Part shown: in pieces, positions 10,561-19,723 of the stretch
Layout of the letters: every line of letters starts with the position of its first letter
Numbering within the stretch: the stretch's first letter is position 1
Assembly (NCBI GenBank): GCA_963804955.1
Contig: CAWDSQ010000005.1
Coordinates: 192,001-256,000, forward strand
Reading direction: 5' to 3'
Source: an uncultured delta proteobacterium
Lineage (GTDB): Bacteria; Desulfobacterota; WTBG01; CAIYCZ01; CAIRTM01
DNA: 64,000 nt
Program-made: the position numbers and the translations under genes
Notes under the pieces: model-generated
Told to the model about the DNA's origin: nothing
Databases searched by the model: none
What the model saw: only the letters and a program-made list of their open reading frames with translations

Positions 10561-10620
10561 TTGGCTGATTGCAGCCAAAGAATTGCAGTTTCACGCCTCA
10601 TATTGGCTGAAATCAGCCAA
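10561..10620. promoter_or_regulatory. Two palindromic TTGGCTG-N4-CAGCCAA sites, candidate enhancer-binding-protein sites
   Basis: Copies at 10561-10578 and 10603-10620, 42 bp apart. Confidence 0.6.
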
Positions 10621-10687
10621 TTGCGGACATGGTAAAATTAATCGGGGACACTAAGGGGCGTCCCATAAATAAATTAATAACTTATTA

Positions 10688-10913
10688 TGGTTATCTCCAA
10701 AGCTGAACCTGTGTATGGTCGTTAATTTCATCGCACAATTTTGTCATTTCGACCGCAGGGAGAAATCTTAGACTGAAGTGAAATTATGGCGTTAGGATTT
10801 CTCATCCCGCTTTCAGCGGGATTCGAAATGACAGCAAGAGCAATTACAACAAAACAAAGGGTACATAAGCTGGTGTCCAGAATAAGGGGTTAGTTCAGCT
10901 TCGGAGATAACCA
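10688..10913. mobile_element. MITE-like element with 21-bp terminal inverted repeats and an internal REP-like palindrome
   Basis: TGGTTATCTCCAAAGCTGAAC / GTTCAGCTTCGGAGATAACCA (1 mismatch); inner TGTCATTTCGA...TCGAAATGACA at 10742-10833. Confidence 0.7.
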
Positions 10914-11109
10914 AAAACCATATAACAACAAAAAGCACTGAAAAAATCGGGGGCTTTTTTTTGATGTTTCCTGCTTGCACCCTTTTTTGAGACAGCTAAA
11001 TCATTATTCCCGTCATTGCAGATTGAAATGTAAAACGCCTTTTGCTAAGCTCCGAAAAAGTATTGAAGTACTGAGCGTGTACCCTTTTCCCTAATCAATC
11101 AGAGGGTCT

Positions 11110-11631
11110 ATGAATAAAACCCGTTTTGTCATTTTCCTGATATTCTTCTTTTTTTTCTCCACCGCACTATCCTCTGCAGAACTGCGCCAAGCCGCGGGTA
11201 ATTCTGGTGGTATTACCGGTATGGTCATGCATACTGACATATCAGCGGGGAAAGTGGATACAGCCGCACTGCAGGTTCCCGGAAAAAGCACAGCACGGGC
11301 AGGCGGCCTTTCGCAGATTGTATATGAGGGGAATACATATACCGTGCTTACGTGCCGTGATCTCACACAGAGTGCAAAAAATTTTGACAATGAATCTATC
11401 GCGATACAGGCCGCGCATATCCGGAAAACAGATTTCTATGATGCCTATCGCAGACAAATTTTTGTCAGCGACCGCACCGGCAGGTATGAGCGCATATTTG
11501 TTGAACTGTATTCGCCCTTGTCTGCAGTGTTGGAGAACATGGAAGGCAAGACCGGTACCTTGTATGGCTCTCTTCAGTGCAAGCCGTCATGTGGTTCCTT
11601 TATTGTTACCCGATGGGAGATCAAGGAGTAA
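11110..11631 (+). CDS. Hypothetical secreted protein
   Basis: N-terminal signal peptide; GAGGG RBS. Confidence 0.65.
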   Translation: MNKTRFVIFLIFFFFFSTALSSAELRQAAGNSGGITGMVMHTDISAGKVDTAALQVPGKSTARAGGLSQIVYEGNTYTVLTCRDLTQSAKNFDNESIAIQAAHIRKTDFYDAYRRQIFVSDRTGRYERIFVELYSPLSAVLENMEGKTGTLYGSLQCKPSCGSFIVTRWEIKE

Positions 11632-11766
11632 AAAAACAGGCATTGGGAACCCACAACGCGTCACATCTTAGATTAATCAGGGACTAAAAAGTTTGGCATA
11701 AACATAAGGCACATATACTGGCGAATAATTAATATTTAAGACCCTGAATTTTCCTGAATTGATAAC

Positions 11767-12450
11767 GTGATATTCGAGAATTTGATAAAATCGTGCAGAA
11801 CCAGCGTGCCGGGATTTGTCATCAGCGCGGCCCTTGCCGTCTATGAGCAGTGGAACCTGCAGGAGTTCTGCTGGAGCTTCTGGATTTGCGGGCTGCTGTA
11901 CTGCTGGTGTTGCGTGGCCGCCGGCTGTATCCGCATTATGCTTCCGTCGGGCCGCGAGATCCTTGTTCGCATGATAGCGGAAAAAGAGCCTCTGCGCTTT
12001 ATGCAGTCAATGCCGCAATCGGCCGTTTTGCCTGCCATGGCCTGCCTGTCATGCATCATCGGCTGGCTGGCCTTCTATGCCTATTCTTACCTATTTTCTT
12101 TTTACGGCCTTTTCCTGTCCGTATTTGCGGAGATGGAACCATCCAGTCTGTTCGGCAGAAACGGGTTTATCAATTCCGATTTTTTCACGCCGGTAACCTA
12201 TCTTGTGGAGCGGTGCTGGCCCATGGCGCTGGGGTCGGTTATCGCCGACCGCGCATACCTCTTTCGCAGCAGCCCCTGGAAGCTGCTGCTGAAGCCCTTT
12301 TCACGGCAGATCGTTGTCATTCATATCGCGGTCCTTATGATGCCCTTTGTCACCCTGCTGAGCTGGATGCTGTTCAAAGAGGCCTATCAACCCCTCACCA
12401 TGATATTTCTGCTTGCAGTATTTTATTTTTTTCCCCGGAAGGAGAACTGA
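11767..12450 (+). CDS. Hypothetical integral membrane protein
   Basis: Several hydrophobic segments over 227 aa. Confidence 0.7.
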   Translation: MIFENLIKSCRTSVPGFVISAALAVYEQWNLQEFCWSFWICGLLYCWCCVAAGCIRIMLPSGREILVRMIAEKEPLRFMQSMPQSAVLPAMACLSCIIGWLAFYAYSYLFSFYGLFLSVFAEMEPSSLFGRNGFINSDFFTPVTYLVERCWPMALGSVIADRAYLFRSSPWKLLLKPFSRQIVVIHIAVLMMPFVTLLSWMLFKEAYQPLTMIFLLAVFYFFPRKEN

Positions 12451-12495
12451 ATAACGATATCTTTGCAGGGACACGAGGAAAGGGAAAAGGGGACA

Positions 12496-12730
12496 ACAAC
12501 GCCCTTTAAGGGAAAGCCAATAATCGGCGAGCAGGCAGTAATGTGGCTTTGTTGAATTGGTTATGTCATTATCATTCCGAGGGACAAGAGGGGGAGGAAA
12601 TTAAGGACACTTTCCTGTTTAGCCCGGCCATAAAATGAAGCGGGAGCAGAATTGAAACTGCCCCCGCTTTTTATTCGGTGGGCATAGCCCACCCTGCATC
12701 TATATCTTACCGCACCATGTGAACGGTGCC
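12496..12730 (+). repeat. ~235 bp direct repeat, copy 1
   Basis: Aligns to 15830-16065 with about 17 differences by eye; a partial copy lies at ~8987-9033. Confidence 0.92.
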
Positions 12731-12855
12731 TGGGACCTTCAAACTAGGGGCCGTTGTTGAATTGGTTAAATTGCTTACGTTACAGTCAACTCTTTACGGG
12801 AGCTGAAAACATCCCTTGTTTAGGGTCTGCACATTCACATGTGAAGCCAATACTT

Positions 12856-13413
12856 CTACGGCTGCGGGGTTAATTCAATCTTATCGGGATTAAACCCGCG
12901 ATCTGCCAGCTGTTGAACAAGTTCGGTATAAAACTGATCGTCCATGGCCGGTGTTCTGCTCAGGATGTACAAGACACTCTTCCCGGGATTTGAAACCACA
13001 GCATAATCATAGTTTTCCCCCAGATCAATAATCCAGTAGGGAAACTCAAATTTCTCAATGCTGGCTCGATCAAAGCGCACCGCAAGTTTGGCGTTGGTTC
13101 TTTGGTCTACTACGCGGGCAACGCCCTGGATGCTGGTAGGCGCCCCGTCAAGTGACCCCACCCGGCCCTGGTTAAGGACACTGACGGTTCCATTATCATT
13201 GAGCGTGTAGAGAGCGGTAACCGCCACGGCATTTTCATCAAACGATGTTGGATAGCGGGCTATTTCATACCAGAGCCCGGCATAGCGCTCAAGATCAACA
13301 TAATCTACTGTTTTCGGCGGCAGCAGCTTGCACCCTGCAACAAAAACAATACAAAACAGCATGCTGAGCATTACCTGAAAACTTTTTGATACATGCTTTT
13401 TGTGGCCCATCAT
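12856..13413 (-). CDS. blc: Bacterial lipocalin (Blc-like lipoprotein)
   Basis: Lipobox VAGC; VDLERYAGLWYEIARYP, YWII and ILSRTP motifs. Confidence 0.9.
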   Translation of the reverse strand: MMGHKKHVSKSFQVMLSMLFCIVFVAGCKLLPPKTVDYVDLERYAGLWYEIARYPTSFDENAVAVTALYTLNDNGTVSVLNQGRVGSLDGAPTSIQGVARVVDQRTNAKLAVRFDRASIEKFEFPYWIIDLGENYDYAVVSNPGKSVLYILSRTPAMDDQFYTELVQQLADRGFNPDKIELTPQP

Positions 13414-13441
13414 AAACCCTTCCTCTATTGTTTGTTGCCGG

Positions 13442-13732
13442 TTAATGTGATGCCGGTATGTCTTCCATGGGCATGGGATTACAGAGGCTGGCTCGGTTGT
13501 CGGCCATCCTGCCGCAGTTCATGCACATGCAGTCGGGCTTTTTAGCAAGCTCCTTGATGAGGTCGAACCGCTCATTGCCGGCGATTTCGCAAAGGTGCTG
13601 CGTATGGTCGCCGGAGCATTTTTCGCAGATGCAGGGGCAGTTCTCTATCAACACGAAAATAGACCGGAAATTTGACAAGCCTGCCCGCGTCCGGATGCAC
13701 GCATTGGTCGGTGATCTTGCGGATTTCTTCAA
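13442..13732 (-). CDS. Small Cys-rich protein, 5' part probably degraded
   Basis: HLC...CxCxxCGR...LCNP motif. Confidence 0.5.
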   Translation of the reverse strand: MKKSARSPTNACIRTRAGLSNFRSIFVLIENCPCICEKCSGDHTQHLCEIAGNERFDLIKELAKKPDCMCMNCGRMADNRASLCNPMPMEDIPASH

Positions 13733-13825
13733 GTAATGGCCCTGATGTCTCCTGCTTTGTTTTGTGGAGATAGAACCGCCTGCCGCCCGCGCTCTTCTGC
13801 AAAAGCATATACCTTCAAAGATGCA

Positions 13826-14323
13826 TTATTTAGGCAGCAGTACTGTATCAATAACATGAATCACTCCATTGCTGCACATAATATCTGTTTTCGTTACCTT
13901 GGCATTATCAACCATAACAGTTCCGTCCATAACGGTTATCTTCAGCTCCTGACCATTGACAGTTTTCGCGGTTTTCAGTTTGGTAACATCTGTAGCCGTC
14001 ACTTTACCCGAGACCACATGATACGTCAGGATGCCCTTCAGCTTTTCTTTGTTTTCCGGTTTAAGTAAATCATCAAGAGTTCCTGCCGGTAATTTAGCAA
14101 AAGCCTCATCAGTGGGGGCAAAAACTGTGAATGGTCCCTTACCCTTCAATGTCTCCACTAATCCAGCAGCTGTTAATGCTTTGGCCAGGGTATTAAATGA
14201 TCCTGCGGCAACAGCTGTATCAACTATATCTTTTTTATCATGGCTTTTTGCCCACCCATTTGTGGTAATTGTAAATATGAATAAAAATGCAACTAATGAA
14301 TAATTAAAAAATAATCTTTTCAT
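13826..14323 (-). CDS. Fasciclin (FAS1) domain secreted protein
   Basis: [20 protein letters not shown] and [13 protein letters not shown] motifs. Confidence 0.95.
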   Translation of the reverse strand: MKRLFFNYSLVAFLFIFTITTNGWAKSHDKKDIVDTAVAAGSFNTLAKALTAAGLVETLKGKGPFTVFAPTDEAFAKLPAGTLDDLLKPENKEKLKGILTYHVVSGKVTATDVTKLKTAKTVNGQELKITVMDGTVMVDNAKVTKTDIMCSNGVIHVIDTVLLPK

Positions 14324-14746
14324 AAAATTGCTCCTTTTAAATAAAATAAATTAATTAATAAAGTTTAGTCTTAACTCTTTAATGCAACTTCCGTTAATAA
14401 TTTAAAACTATTGCGCAATAACCTCCTTCCCTTTGTCATATATTAGTATAAAAGAAAAACAGCACTCTGAATCATTATTGTTCAGTGTGCGTCTTTAAGG
14501 TTTTAGATACAGGGGGTATGACTGTGGTATATAGATTAATAAATTCGTATGCGCAAGTCGCAAAACGCAGAATATGTGGTAGCGGGAATAGGCTGGGGGA
14601 ACGTTGATGGCTTTGTTGAATTGCTCAGCAAGAAAAAAGCTGCACCGGCTTGGACCAACCAGGTGACGGTGTGGACACATTGTACAGGCTAAATCGGCCC
14701 CGTACCCTGCAGTCTACTACATGATTCCGGGCAAGCCGGAGTAGAA

Positions 14747-15673
14747 TCATAGAAGGTCTGGTCTGACGCTTTGCACAGGATCAGCATCCGCCGGCAGTGC
14801 TGCCGGGCTCAAAGCAGCCCTTCGGAATACCGGCTCGGCAGGAAAGAGATCGTCTCGATTGGCCATCAACTCCTCGCAGGTGTCAAGGTCGTCGGCAACG
14901 GGGACAAGTAGTATGGGGCTCAGGCCCGGGTCCTCATATTGCGGTGGGCTGCTTGGCATATTCAGGATGTTCAGGGTTGCGCCGATAACGAGTTGCTCTG
15001 ATGTGTCGACAACATGGCCGTAGAGACTGCCGTCAGAGTAAAGGGTGAGAAAGTTCTGAAAAATCTCGCGGCGCGCAATGTAGAGTTCGGCTTTGATGAG
15101 GCCGTAGAGCGTGAGGTGCACGGTGACGCCGGGCTTGCCGTCTCCGTCGTCATCGTTTATGTTCGGATCGTCGGGATTCAGGGAGAGTGGCTGCCAGGGA
15201 TCGCCGTCTATCCCGATGAGGGTTGGCGTGGCCGGGCGCACTATTTTCCAGGCCCCGCCGTCCTGAGACACCTCCACTGTTGCCGTGCGCGGCTTAATAG
15301 CCTGTGTGGCCGCATCGTTGAGGTTCGCGGTAAAGGGCTGATTGTTTTTGTTCACGGAAAAACAGAAACGGTCGGTTTCGACGAGATCATTTCCCTCCAC
15401 AGTAAAGTCGGTGAAGCCGTAAGAAATGATAAAGGTCCGCATCGGCCCGGCAGGCGTCTGGCCAATGTAGGCAACTATGTCGTAGTGGGCGTAATGGCCC
15501 TGAATGGCTGCCTCGGCCTCTGCAGCGGTGGCCGGAGGCACCCAGTCAGGGTCGTTATCCGGCGGCTCATAGAGGGGGCTGTCAGGCCACGGCTTTTGCG
15601 TGCACCCTGTTGTAAAAGACCAGCAGAAAATCAAACTGCTGAAAATCAGCATGCGCAGAAATGTTTTGTGCAT
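14747..15673 (-). CDS. Hypothetical lipoprotein
   Basis: Lipobox TTGC; DDDGDGKPGVTV motif; the 3' end may be frameshift-extended. Confidence 0.75.
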   Translation of the reverse strand: MHKTFLRMLIFSSLIFCWSFTTGCTQKPWPDSPLYEPPDNDPDWVPPATAAEAEAAIQGHYAHYDIVAYIGQTPAGPMRTFIISYGFTDFTVEGNDLVETDRFCFSVNKNNQPFTANLNDAATQAIKPRTATVEVSQDGGAWKIVRPATPTLIGIDGDPWQPLSLNPDDPNINDDDGDGKPGVTVHLTLYGLIKAELYIARREIFQNFLTLYSDGSLYGHVVDTSEQLVIGATLNILNMPSSPPQYEDPGLSPILLVPVADDLDTCEELMANRDDLFPAEPVFRRAALSPAALPADADPVQSVRPDLL

Positions 15674-15829
15674 TGGAAAAACCCTTTTTTCCTGCTGATG
15701 CAGTGCGGCAGGCATTTGCTGTATCCGGCCGGCCCCAAAACCCCGCGTATATTCATTTAGTAGCAGGAAAATTGATATAAAGCAATCCACGGGAAACCGG
15801 AGCAGGGCCATTAGGGGGAATAATTATGG

Positions 15830-16065
15830 ACAACGCCCTTTAATGGAAAGCCAATAATCGGCGAGCAGGCAGTAATGGGGCTTTGTTGAATTGGTTATGT
15901 CATTATCGTTCCGAGGGACAAGAGGGGGAGGGAATTAAGGACACTTTCCCTATTTAGTCCGGCCATACAATGATGCGGGCGCAGCACTGAAACTGCTCCC
16001 GCTTTTTATTCAACGGGCATAGCCCACCCTGCATCTATATCTTACCGCACCATGTGCAGGGTGCC
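15830..16065 (+). repeat. ~235 bp direct repeat, copy 2
   Basis: See copy 1 at 12496-12730. Confidence 0.92.
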
Positions 16066-16120
16066 GGTGCAATTATCAACCGTTACCGTATAATCTCCCT
16101 TTTCAACCAGCGTGCCGCCG

Positions 16121-16184
16121 CCCGTTCAGGAGCAATTTCTTTGACACCGCAGCCCGGTATATCTTATACTGCAAAAAATTAACC
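16121..16184 (+). promoter_or_regulatory. Sigma70 promoter block (TTGACA-18-TATACT), duplicated at 18971-19034
   Basis: CAGGAGCAATTTCTTTGACAC...TATACTG..AAATTAACCG appears in both copies. Confidence 0.75.
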
Positions 16185-16307
16185 GCCAATCTGAAGGGTA
16201 GGCTGCGCCCGCCATTTTTATCTATTTCAAATGAACCGAAGACAATATAAATCTTGCAGGAACTGCGCGACAGCGCCAATATAAATCTACAAACCAGGGA
16301 GTGCCCG

Positions 16308-17972
16308 ATGCTATCAGGAGATTTTAGAAAAGCGGTTTTTTGTGTTTTTATTACTGTCTGGCCAGCGCTGCTCTTGCCGGCACTTCCCCTGCATGCCGCA
16401 GCTCCTCCGGGGACCAATACAAATCCGTTTACTGCCTTCAATCATGACTATGTGCTTATAGCTCTGGGCGACAGCCTGACCCAGGGCGCAATGGATGGCA
16501 TTATTAACTTCAAAACGATCCCCCACGCGTATCTGCAAAGAGTTCATGAATCGCTTGCGCAGGTGCAGGATATCGAACTTGTGCAGCCGCTGCTCGACAT
16601 GGCCGGAAAGCGTATGGCGCCCTTCGCCATCCCGACAAATCTTGCCGTCGGCGGCGCAGGCATCCTCAACATGGATGGTTTCAGCTACGGCAAGCGTGAG
16701 ACCACCGGGCACAAGATCCGCAGCAAAAGGTTTCTCTGCAACAGCCTGCTGCCCGCGAACTTTGAGGATCTCTATGATATAACGCTCTATCCCTACAATC
16801 TCCTGCAGGGCGGGCCAGCGTCACAGATCGACAGCGCTGTCTGGCTGCTCAATTACATACATCGCCACCAGACTGCCCGCGCCGTATGTATTTTGTGGAT
16901 CGGGGCTATTGACGTCGGCTATGCCGCTATGGGTTATGGCTATGGCCATCCTGTTTATGCATTGCTGCCGCTTACCTTCATAGAAAACGTATTGTCGCCC
17001 GGTGCGGCAACATTGCTGCGCCTGGGACAGGCCATCGGCGCGGTCTCCTTTGAGCCCTATACGATGGAGGCCATCGAGCACAACCTCACGGACCCGGCCG
17101 AATTTGCAGCGCAGTATGAGCAAACCCTTGCCAGGCTTGAACAGGGCGTACCCGGTTTTTATGAAACCACCGATCTGTTTGTCTGCACCCTGTATGACAT
17201 CTGGGCCTCGTATCTGTTTGATTCCAATGACCTTGAATTTTATCTGCGCAAGCTTGATAAGCAGTACACGGTGCCGGCAACCTTCGCCCGCGCTCCAGCC
17301 ACGGGGGCATGGGACACCGCTGCACCCCGCGGCGACCGCATAGGGCTCCTCACCTTTTTGTGCATGTACGCGCTGTTCAGCACGGGCGCTGATGCGCAAA
17401 CCGTGAACCAGATACTTGAGGTCGATGGCGTGCAGAATGACGGCCTGGTATTATCGGAAGACGAGCAGGCGCTTCTCCACGAACGCACTGCTGCGTATAA
17501 TGACGCCATCAGGAAGGCTGTGCAGAAACGGGCGGGCAAGGTCCATCTGATTGATATCGGACCCTGGCTTACTGATATATTAACCGACAACGAATCTTAT
17601 AAAGCAGGGGAAAAGAGCATCACCAGCAAATGGGGCCGCGGCGGCTGGTTTACCCTTGACGGCGTGCATCCCGGCCATACCGGTCAGGCGCTTATTGCCA
17701 ACAAAATTATTGAGAACATAAACGGGGCCCTGGGCTGGCATGCGCCCCCTGGCGATATGAGTGCCGTTGCTGCAGATGATCCCTATATTGATAATGACGG
17801 TGACGGCTGGCCAGCCGGTCCGGATTATGATTCTATCGGTCCCACCGGCATGTTTTTCCTCTTCAAAGATCCCGATGACACTGACCCTTTAGTGCTGCCC
17901 GAGCTTACCGCTGATTTCTGGAGCAGGCTTTCCGACGTCATCAAGCTGATCGCTTTTAAGCAATATCCGTAA
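16308..17972 (+). CDS. Secreted SGNH/GDSL-family hydrolase
   Basis: Signal peptide; ALGDSLTQG, NLAVGGA and DGVHP motifs. Confidence 0.85.
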   Translation: MLSGDFRKAVFCVFITVWPALLLPALPLHAAAPPGTNTNPFTAFNHDYVLIALGDSLTQGAMDGIINFKTIPHAYLQRVHESLAQVQDIELVQPLLDMAGKRMAPFAIPTNLAVGGAGILNMDGFSYGKRETTGHKIRSKRFLCNSLLPANFEDLYDITLYPYNLLQGGPASQIDSAVWLLNYIHRHQTARAVCILWIGAIDVGYAAMGYGYGHPVYALLPLTFIENVLSPGAATLLRLGQAIGAVSFEPYTMEAIEHNLTDPAEFAAQYEQTLARLEQGVPGFYETTDLFVCTLYDIWASYLFDSNDLEFYLRKLDKQYTVPATFARAPATGAWDTAAPRGDRIGLLTFLCMYALFSTGADAQTVNQILEVDGVQNDGLVLSEDEQALLHERTAAYNDAIRKAVQKRAGKVHLIDIGPWLTDILTDNESYKAGEKSITSKWGRGGWFTLDGVHPGHTGQALIANKIIENINGALGWHAPPGDMSAVAADDPYIDNDGDGWPAGPDYDSIGPTGMFFLFKDPDDTDPLVLPELTADFWSRLSDVIKLIAFKQYP

Positions 17973-18161
17973 GAGCTCCACAGAGGGCAACAATGGGTAT
18001 GCTGTTGCATTTGTTGAATTAAGCAACTGAATTAATCAGGGACAACAGCCACTGCTTAATTTGCAACAATAAAACGGTACCAATACTGTTGGAGAGGGAA
18101 GGGCGCTGCAGAGCAGGTCCTCAGAGCCTGACGTATCAAGGCCGGGCTGCGGCAGCGAGCT

Positions 18162-18761
18162 TTATTTATGCCGCCGGGATTGCTGTAATAAATAAAACAG
18201 GAGCATCTTGCGGTCTATAGCGTTTTGGTCGAGATTGCCATCGCTGTAATCAAGCAGGTGGTCATGCTTTGGTGTGTCAGCCCCCGGCGCCTGCGTGTCC
18301 GTGCAGGCAGGGTCAAAAATTTCAGAAGGGTAGCCCTGCCAGGCTGGGCTTGTGAACCCGCTGCTGCCGGCAGTGTAATAAACGGTAAAGTCCGCTGCGC
18401 AGTTGGTAAAAACATCAGCCCCCATCAGTGGCGCATTCCCGCTGAAAAATGCGCTTGTGAGGTTGGCGCAATCAGAAAATGCCGCATCCTCAATGCTGGT
18501 AACGCTGTTCAGGATAAGTATGCTCTCCAGGCTCAACTGCCCGGCAAAAGCACAATTCCCAATGGTGGCAACCGGCTTATTGTCAATGGTATCCGGGATT
18601 ACAACAGACCCGCCAGAACCGGTATAGCCGGTGATTATGATTGCGGCAGTGCCGCTCGATACCGTATATGTAAAATCAACCAGCTGCGCTGCAAAGGCCG
18701 ACGGCAACAGAAACACACAACCGGTTAAGGTTACAATGAATGCCGTTTTTCTGAAGTGCAT
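18162..18761 (-). CDS. BspA-like leucine-rich-repeat secreted protein (short, possibly truncated)
   Basis: ITGYTGSGGSVVIPDTI...VTSIEDAAFSDCANLTS motif. Confidence 0.75.
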   Translation of the reverse strand: MHFRKTAFIVTLTGCVFLLPSAFAAQLVDFTYTVSSGTAAIIITGYTGSGGSVVIPDTIDNKPVATIGNCAFAGQLSLESILILNSVTSIEDAAFSDCANLTSAFFSGNAPLMGADVFTNCAADFTVYYTAGSSGFTSPAWQGYPSEIFDPACTDTQAPGADTPKHDHLLDYSDGNLDQNAIDRKMLLFYLLQQSRRHK

Positions 18762-18970
18762 AGGGCCCTCTTTGGAATCTGTTTATTCCCGTTCACTAAC
18801 AAGCCATAAACCAATGAGCTTGTCGGTCAACGCCACACTCTTTACTATCAGTATAGCATGGAATAAAGAAGGCGGAATTAACCGGGAGAAAGCATACTGA
18901 CTCTTCACCCTCATCCCCGTAAGTGGCGCAGAGGGAATGTCTCTGCAGAGCAGATCTTAAGAGCCTGCCG

Positions 18971-19034
18971 CCCGCACAGGAGCAATTTCTTTGACACAGC
19001 AGGCGGGCATAGCCTATACTGAATAAATTAACCG
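18971..19034 (+). promoter_or_regulatory. Sigma70 promoter of comEA-like gene
   Basis: TTGACA at 18991 and TATACT at 19015. Confidence 0.75.
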
Positions 19035-19115
19035 TTGATTTGCATGGCTGGCGCAGCCCACTCTACGGTCTTTGTTTCTTTGAATTATGTAACCCCACGT
19101 GTAAGGAGTAAGGTA

Positions 19116-19481
19116 ATGAAGGTGGTCCATAGTTTTATATTTATAAGTGCTGTACTGTTTGCCTGTACCGTCGCGCCTGTTCTGGCCCAGCAGGCAGAGA
19201 AGCCAACTACATCGGCTCTATTTGAGAAGGCTAAAAAACCTGCCAAGCCTCCAGTAACAGGCAAAATCAATATAAATACCGCAACGGCAGAGCAGCTTGC
19301 AATGCTGCCCGGCGTCAGCATGAGAAAGGCCCAGGGGCTTATTGACTACCGCACCAAAAACGGTACGTTCAAAGATATAGAAGACCTCCGAAAAATGCCG
19401 GGCATCAAGCAGAAAAGAATTGATAAGGTTAAAGAGTATTTAATATTTGACGGCGAGACAACACTGAAAGCCGTACAATAA
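19116..19481 (+). CDS. comEA: ComEA-family helix-hairpin-helix DNA-binding protein
   Basis: ININTATAEQLAMLPGV...IDYRTKNGTFKDIEDL motif; signal peptide. Confidence 0.88.
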   Translation: MKVVHSFIFISAVLFACTVAPVLAQQAEKPTTSALFEKAKKPAKPPVTGKININTATAEQLAMLPGVSMRKAQGLIDYRTKNGTFKDIEDLRKMPGIKQKRIDKVKEYLIFDGETTLKAVQ

Positions 19482-19498
19482 GAGCTGCTGTAAAAACA

Positions 19499-19532
19499 AA
19501 AAAGGCGGAGTCGTAGTCGGCTCCGCCTTTTT
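19499..19532. terminator. Intrinsic terminator after comEA
   Basis: AAAAAGGCGGAG...CTCCGCCTTTTT. Confidence 0.75.
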
Positions 19533-19723
19533 CCTGGCCCCCCTTTTTTTATCGCCGCCGGCCATAAGCACGGCAGCCTGCGAATGAACCTCGTTATGCG
19601 CATGTTTATATTTAACTTGACGCACAATCGCCCCCAATTTATAGTCTGTCCGTATCAATGAAAGTTCCCGGTAGCCATTCCTGGCAGTCTCCCGCACTTC
19701 ATAGCATAAGGAGGGACCCTTCC

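Noticed and set aside
3558..19000. Classical integron attC array
   Set aside because: There are no consistent RYYYAAC...GTTRRRY boxes after genes, gene orientation is mixed, and there is no intI.
19593..19620. dif/Xer-like site (TTATGCGCA...ATTTAAC)
   Set aside because: The half-sites are in the wrong order and spacing for dif.
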